Assembly: GCA_002269645.1 (NCBI GenBank)
Contig: NIVC01004305.1
Span: 1-51,122 of the forward strand
DNA from: Macrostomum lignano
Taxonomy: Eukaryota
Length of the DNA stretch: 51,122 bases
Direction of reading: 5' to 3'
Shown: positions 45,240 to 51,122 of the stretch, in pieces
Position numbering within the stretch: the first letter of the stretch is position 1
Layout: each line of letters starts with the position of its first letter
The notes under the pieces: model-generated
The model's database searches: none
Told to the model about the DNA's origin: nothing
The model's input: only the letters and a program-made list of their open reading frames with translations
Position numbers and translations under genes: made by a program

Positions 45240-48183
45240 CAATTGATCAACGCCAAGTCAATAAAACAATGACTATTCCCACGCTGGTTTTTGTAGCTTT
45301 TTCTGGTGAATTAATGTCATTGTAGTTTTTCAGTTAATTAATTAATAATTGTTTTGTTTTAGTCAACATTGAGCCTATTATTCGTTCCCAATAAATATTT
45401 TTCTCGCTCTCTAATTAATCTTGATGGACATTGTTAGTACATTGAAGTTGTAATTCTGTTAAAATATTACGTTTAATTATTTTTATGTAATTGCTATGAG
45501 AAAAAGCTTTCTGTTTAATTAAATGGATGCCAGGGCAGTTGATTAAAAAGCACCAGCTTAATTAACGAGACAGTTGCAAAATTATTTTCGTGCGAGTTTC
45601 TCTAGTCTAGTAAAACAACTGAAACAGCGGATGCTGCTGTAGGCTGGTTTTCGCTGAAAAATGCATCACTAAATTCAATATCTCAACATCTGGACTTTTA
45701 AATGTTCGAGAAAATTTTCTTCAAAGACACAAAACACTGTCGCATTAAATGCTTGTAACATTAAAAAATAAGCTTGATAATAAAATTGTGATGTGGCTCA
45801 TAATAACGCTTATTTGATTTACAAATTGGTGGTTCAGGACGTGAAATATTAGTGATTTCGTGCCAGCGGTCCGAAATGTTTTCTAAAAAATTGATTTAGC
45901 AGCAAACATCAGCGTCAAGTAAAATAGTGTCTCATCTCTGGTTTAGCTACTCCTTGTCCTTGCTCTTTTGAAATATTTATAGTTCGTCTGAAATAGTTTT
46001 TTGCTGTATATCCATTCAATATTGTGATCTGTTTTGCAATTTTTTTCAGTTTAATGGCCGTATTTAGTCATGAGTTTCATGCTGTTAATATTGTGTATTA
46101 ATTATGTTCAGTATGTGACTTTTAGTTTATGAAATATCAATCCTAAAATCCTAAAAAAATTATGTTGGCAATTTAAATAACCATTTCCGGTTGGATTCCA
46201 TTTTCGCTCACGAGTAATTTTTCAAAAACATTTCATCATTAATACGAATTAAAAATGTATTAAATTTAATATTTGAATGTAAACTACTAAAAAACAATTA
46301 TTTTAAAATGTTTATTAGTCGAATTTAATCCATAGTTTAGTTTTTACCGACAGTTTTTTGATGTACCCCTACACATGGACTGAGAAATTCTATGAATATG
46401 GCGTTATTTTTGGTGTATACAATATCCAAGTTAAAAAAGATTATATCCGTGTAAAATGCATCGCATTGCCACCATACGCTTGTGTTTACCGTACCGTCTC
46501 GTCAATGGCATTTAACTTTTAGATATTCGACATTAAAGACCATGTTATTGTTGATTGTGCACGTGTTTTAAATTATCCGTTTATTTTTTGTTTAAATGTT
46601 GTCGAATACTGTTGATGAAAGTTACGCCGATCTCCTTCATTGTAGTGCTGTGTTTTTAATTATTGATAATATATTAGTGCGTGTCAACTAATTTAAGCCA
46701 CCAGTCACAGCTTTGCAACTATTGCAGTCACAACTATTACCAACTAAAAATATAAAATCAATATTTGAAAAACCAAAATCTATCGTTCAATAGCAAGTGT
46801 CAGTACGTTTAAAAAATATTTATTCAGTGTCATTTTTTTTGTCTCGGAGTGACAGATGCATGTTGGGAAAAAATGCAAATATTTTACCTCTGTCGATATC
46901 AGCTTCTGTACTTTTCAGTCACTGAGGGTGAAGTCAACAGATACTCAGAACCAGATTCAGACTGACGGACAGAAGCTAATGGCATTTGCTGTGTTTTAAA
47001 GGCTGCATGTACTACATTAGAGAGCTGCATGTCGCAGCCAAACTGCAATGTAGAACAGAAAGCATTTTATAAAAGAGTAGCTCGCAGATAAAAGGAAAAC
47101 TGACAAAAAGTCTTTAAAAAGATATCTCGCATGAATATTTGCAAACGACAAAGATATAGAACACGTTGTCTGCATGCAGATTCTGCAAATTTACCCCAAT
47201 TCATACAAACTACGAGCAAGCCTGCTTTTTCCAACATCACAGCGACAAAAATAAGAACCAAAGCCTTTACAATGAATGCAAAGGAAATGGAGGACCGACG
47301 AGACAAAAAGCCGGAAAAGCTCATGCATTAAAACCTGCCTTAAAAGATGGGTTTGGAGGTAAAAAAAGAAAAAGGATTCAGAAGCAGAAGCCCTGGGGAG
47401 AAAGCGATAGAGACAGACAGACAGAGAGACAGCCTGGTTTGAGCTCCATTCTCGGCAAACATTTTTCGGTAACCATGCCAGCAGGCACCGGAGATTTCAG
47501 CAGGTTTGGGAGAGCGCGGAGTGGGGAGTGCCGCTTCCCGATTCCCAGCAGCCTCCCTTCCCCAAAAACTCTTCGTTGGACCAGCGACTCAAACCTAGGA
47601 AGATAGGGATTGCATGGATTTAAACGAAACGGAAGCGTTGCAGTCATTCGATTGTCTTCCAACTGCATCCCCCACCTCAGTGGGAGGCAGCGAGGCTTTC
47701 CTATCCTTTGTTAGCTTTGTTTGCTGCTGGTGTCTATTGTGATTCATAGCAGCCTGCAGTCGTAGCGCAACGCTAGGCAGCTGGGTGGGAGCGACATCTC
47801 TCTCTCTCTCTTGATCAATTCCAAACTTCATTGCTGTGCTGGCCACCGGGATTTACGGTAGAAGAAGAGTGTATGATCGAAGTACGCGGTCCTCTAATTC
47901 TATCCCCTGTTTCTCTCCCCTCTGTTTCTCTGTCGATTCAGAATTTATCGATGAAAATGGCTTTCTATCCGAATTCTCAATTCAATCCTGGCCCCCTATT
48001 CAGCAGGAAGCCACCCTGTGCAGCAAACTTCCTCGCTTCCCACGGGTGGGAGGTGAATGAGAGAGGAAGAGGGCTGGGAGGGGGAGGGCGGGAGAAACCA
48101 GCGGCTTAGGCGTGGGGAGGGGATCCGAAAGCCCAGCGGAAATTGGTCACCAAGAGCAACCAGGCAGCAAACAAAAGCAGAAA

Positions 48184-51122
48184 ATGCTGAGCCTGGCAGG
48201 TTTGCTCTGGTATTTTCACCATCGCCCCCGTGTTTCTCTCTCTCTGTCTCTCTGTCTCTCCGCTCCTTCTCTCCCCTGTCTCTCTTTACAAATCTCTCTC
48301 TCCTCGTGGCCATTTTTGCAGCCTCTAAGATCCCGCAATTGGCTGGAAATCAGGTAAGAATTGAAGCCTCCCTGCGCTAAGATCGGCAAGGCCTATCGTA
48401 TTTGGTCTCTCTTCGATCGGTCTAACCCCACTCAGACCTCGTCGAAAAACAGCGAGCGTCTCTTCGACTTAAAAAGCAGACCCGAGAACTGGCTTTCACC
48501 GACTGGCTTCGATTTCCTAGCTGAGTTCTTCGTCTTTAATAAAAACCCACCAAGTGCCTTGTCGCAATCAAGCAAGTTATAAAAAGTCCTAACACTCGAT
48601 CAGGAATGCGTCTAATGGTAAGACTTTCACGTCATTTTTTTCAACAGTATTAAATTTAAAAAATGTGGCCTAATTTTTTTATGACAGCTTAGATAGGATT
48701 CTTATTCTAAATTTTACTTTGAAACTGTGTTGCTTTTATTATTCTTTTGAAAATTTCTTCAGAACACTGATGAGACGACCATATTGAGACAGAGTTTTAT
48801 TTTCACTCCACAAGAATAGAAAAAGCAATCATAGCCAGTGTATTGTTTTTGCTACTTCAGGCGACTCTGCCAGCATTTCTGCTTGGCGCCTGCGCACTTC
48901 TGCTGCCTCCAGAGGCCAGTGCTGTTACATTTGCCGGCTGCTTCGAAGAGAAGAGCCAGGAAAGAGTGTTCATACAGTCGCCCGGCGATTATGACCCGGA
49001 TCTGCTGGCCACGGAGCCCGTGGTGTGCACGAGCCGCTGCCAGCAGATGTCGTTCGCCTACGCCGCGATATGGCAGTCTCGGTTCTGCTTCTGCTCTGAC
49101 AACATCAACCAGACGGCTGATTTCAACATCACCGATTTGGCTGCGGCGGCATGCACGGCGCCTGAATATGTTGCTGTGAGTTGCTAGTAATTTTTAATAT
49201 TTTTACGTCAAAGAATTTCAGCTTTAGAGCAATGCCAAGCAAAAATATTTCGATTTAAACGTAATCCAGGTGTACAATTCTGAAATCGCCACGAGCATCG
49301 AAGATCTTGAGGTGACTGTCGGAGCCACGACAGAGGTCGCTGTCAACACGCCGCTTGAAGTGAAAGCCTTGAATGTCAGCGCTCCGCTGTCGAACACTTT
49401 CTCGACGCGCCTTGGCTATGCGGACGATCGATTCCGAAAGGAGCTGATTATGTCGAACGGCTACGCCACGAACAAGTCTTACATTCAGCCTGGAGTGTTT
49501 AACATCAAGGCTCAGGCTTATCAGTACGAAAATACGGTGGTAAGAGAGTCGAGTTTGATTCTACAGACTCCGAATATTCTTTTTGGAGAGGTTTTCACTA
49601 GCTTCATTGGGATATTCGATTTGTCATATTTCAGATCGGCAGTGGCGCCCTTCAAATCAAGGTGACCGAGCCTCTGTCCGGTATAAACCTCACCTGCCCG
49701 TCCGTCTGGATCACCGAGAAGCAGATGCAGTGCGTGCTGAGCATCGCCTCTGGCACTGGCTTGAGAGCCCTGATCAATTGGGGCGATGGAACCACTGAGA
49801 ACTTCATTGTGGCAGGTACGATAATCTTACCCTTAAAGCCTTACTAAAGAATTACTATACAGTGAGTGTGCTCGTTTACTAGTTGCAATAACCGGCCATT
49901 TATAACCTGCAGACCCACCGTGGGATCGCGCCGGCTCGCCAGTGGCTACGCAAAATTCCGAGATGGAGAATTCCTCAATTACTGGCGCTCTTGTCGCTGC
50001 GGATTTCAAGTTCGAAGGAACACTGCAAGCTTTTGAGTTTTTTGCTCATACAGCTGGATCACTTGAGTTGCTGGTGAGTGTAATAAAGTTTAATTCGCAG
50101 TACATAGGTAGGTTACCCTTATACAGAGTAGTCTACAAACTAGTAAAGAGAGCTTCTGCATCCGGGAACATTGCAGCTGTTCGCTTGGCTTTTGTGTGGG
50201 CCGAGAGAAAATTGCTTCATCAAATATTCAGTAAATGACTTTCCTGTAGAGTCTTTGCTATTTTTCCATTTTTATGTCTGTTCAGCTTCTCGTAGTGAAC
50301 TTCTGAATATTGCTCATTAGCTCACGATGGGGCTATTGTGCATTAGAAACTATCATACGAGTACAAGGGATATATTTTCTGCCTATTAGGCTCTGATTTG
50401 AATGTATTTTCCTTTGCCACTTTTCTTCACAGATTCTTCGTCCTGCTTGCTCGGGTGGAACGCCATACTATTGTTATTCCAAAGATATCTGCGATGCTAG
50501 TAACGCGTGTAACAGCGACATCGACTGCGCGGCAACATCAGAAATTCTCTGCCCAGCGACTGAGAACTGCTGGCAAGCCAGCGGTTCCACTTGCGCCACA
50601 AAAGCAACCAAGAGAAATGTCACCAGAAATCTGCACTCCACGTTTAATGTCGCTAAGAAGTATTCGGTCTCAGCCCAAGTAGGCTACAACTTGCTGCCAG
50701 TGACCGACCAGTTCCTGGTGTTGCCGGGTGATAAAATCGGTTTCTGGGGAAGTGTCGCCATAGTAGCGGCCAGGCCTGTTAGCGTCGTAGAGGGAAACGA
50801 CTATTCGTTCTCCTCAGGTAGCAGTCCGACTACTCTAACAACCTCGTCCGACTTGACTGCTCAGCCCATGCAGCATCAAATATCCGCAATCTCTCGACCG
50901 GTGACGTCGCACCGGCTTGACCGTACCTACTCTACAACAGGAAACTTTACCGTCAAAGTGACAATATCCAACGCCTACTTGACTGGAGTAGAGTCAAACG
51001 CTAGTCAATCTGTTTGGATTCAGCCGAACATCAACGACACACGATTTGTCCCAGTCAAGTATGTTCTCGCCCGGGAGCCGTGCAACATTGCTCTTGAGCC
51101 TCATACGGGTGTAGATGTTAAA
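48184..51122 (+). CDS. Polycystin-1-like (PKD1-like) large extracellular protein, 5' part: signal peptide, WSC domain, PKD/Ig-like repeats, Cys-rich segment. Exons: 48184-48199 and 48322-48353 (tentative), 48861-49175, 49270-49539, 49635-49815, 49913-50073, 50433->51122
   Basis: The hydrophobic leader ATLPAFLLGACALLLPPEASA is followed by a WSC-type Cys pattern (FAGCF...CTSRCQQMSFAYAA...FCFC...C). PKD-like motifs include INWGDG and RTYSTTGNFTVKVTISN. All introns are GT...AG and phase-compatible, and the last exon is open for 230 codons to the window end. The first two micro-exons are inferred only from splice signals and phase. Confidence 0.75.

Noticed and set aside
47067-48380. Many 66-146-aa ORFs upstream of the PKD1-like gene
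   Set aside because: This is low-complexity CT/GA-rich, promoter-like DNA without homology. Only the two tentative micro-exons are retained.

Overview
Eukaryotic (intron-rich, metazoan invertebrate) genomic DNA. The repeat landscape and gene style recall the flatworm Macrostomum, but that is an unverified inference. Four protein-coding loci are supported. (1) The frameshift-riddled 3' end of an IQCH orthologue (1-1598, +). (2) An intronless, divergent Na+/K+-ATPase beta-subunit gene (5143-6156, -). (3) A complete 14-exon SGSM1/2-type RUN+TBC Rab-GAP gene (26120-45239, +; about 1158 aa; all splice phases compatible). (4) The 5' part of a polycystin-1-like WSC/PKD-domain gene (48184 to window end, +). 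The most striking non-coding structure is a 10.46-kb segment (9533-19996) with imperfect terminal inverted repeats that sits inside a split (ATCT)n microsatellite. It carries an indel-free 9.4-kb array of exactly 1175 8-bp units (CATCTGAG family, nearly all CANNTG E-boxes) with a 2776-bp higher-order duplication. The window also holds two CORE-like tRNA-derived SINE copies, one fused to a MITE end and a minisatellite. A family of CAG[T/G]GGCGTAGC-ended MITE-like remnants appears to seed GGYGCC(C)AA-core minisatellites. There are two long intronic hairpins and a direct-repeat element inside a (TTAG)n tract. The long ORFs across the satellites are translation artefacts. No CRISPR, rRNA or true tRNA gene is supported.
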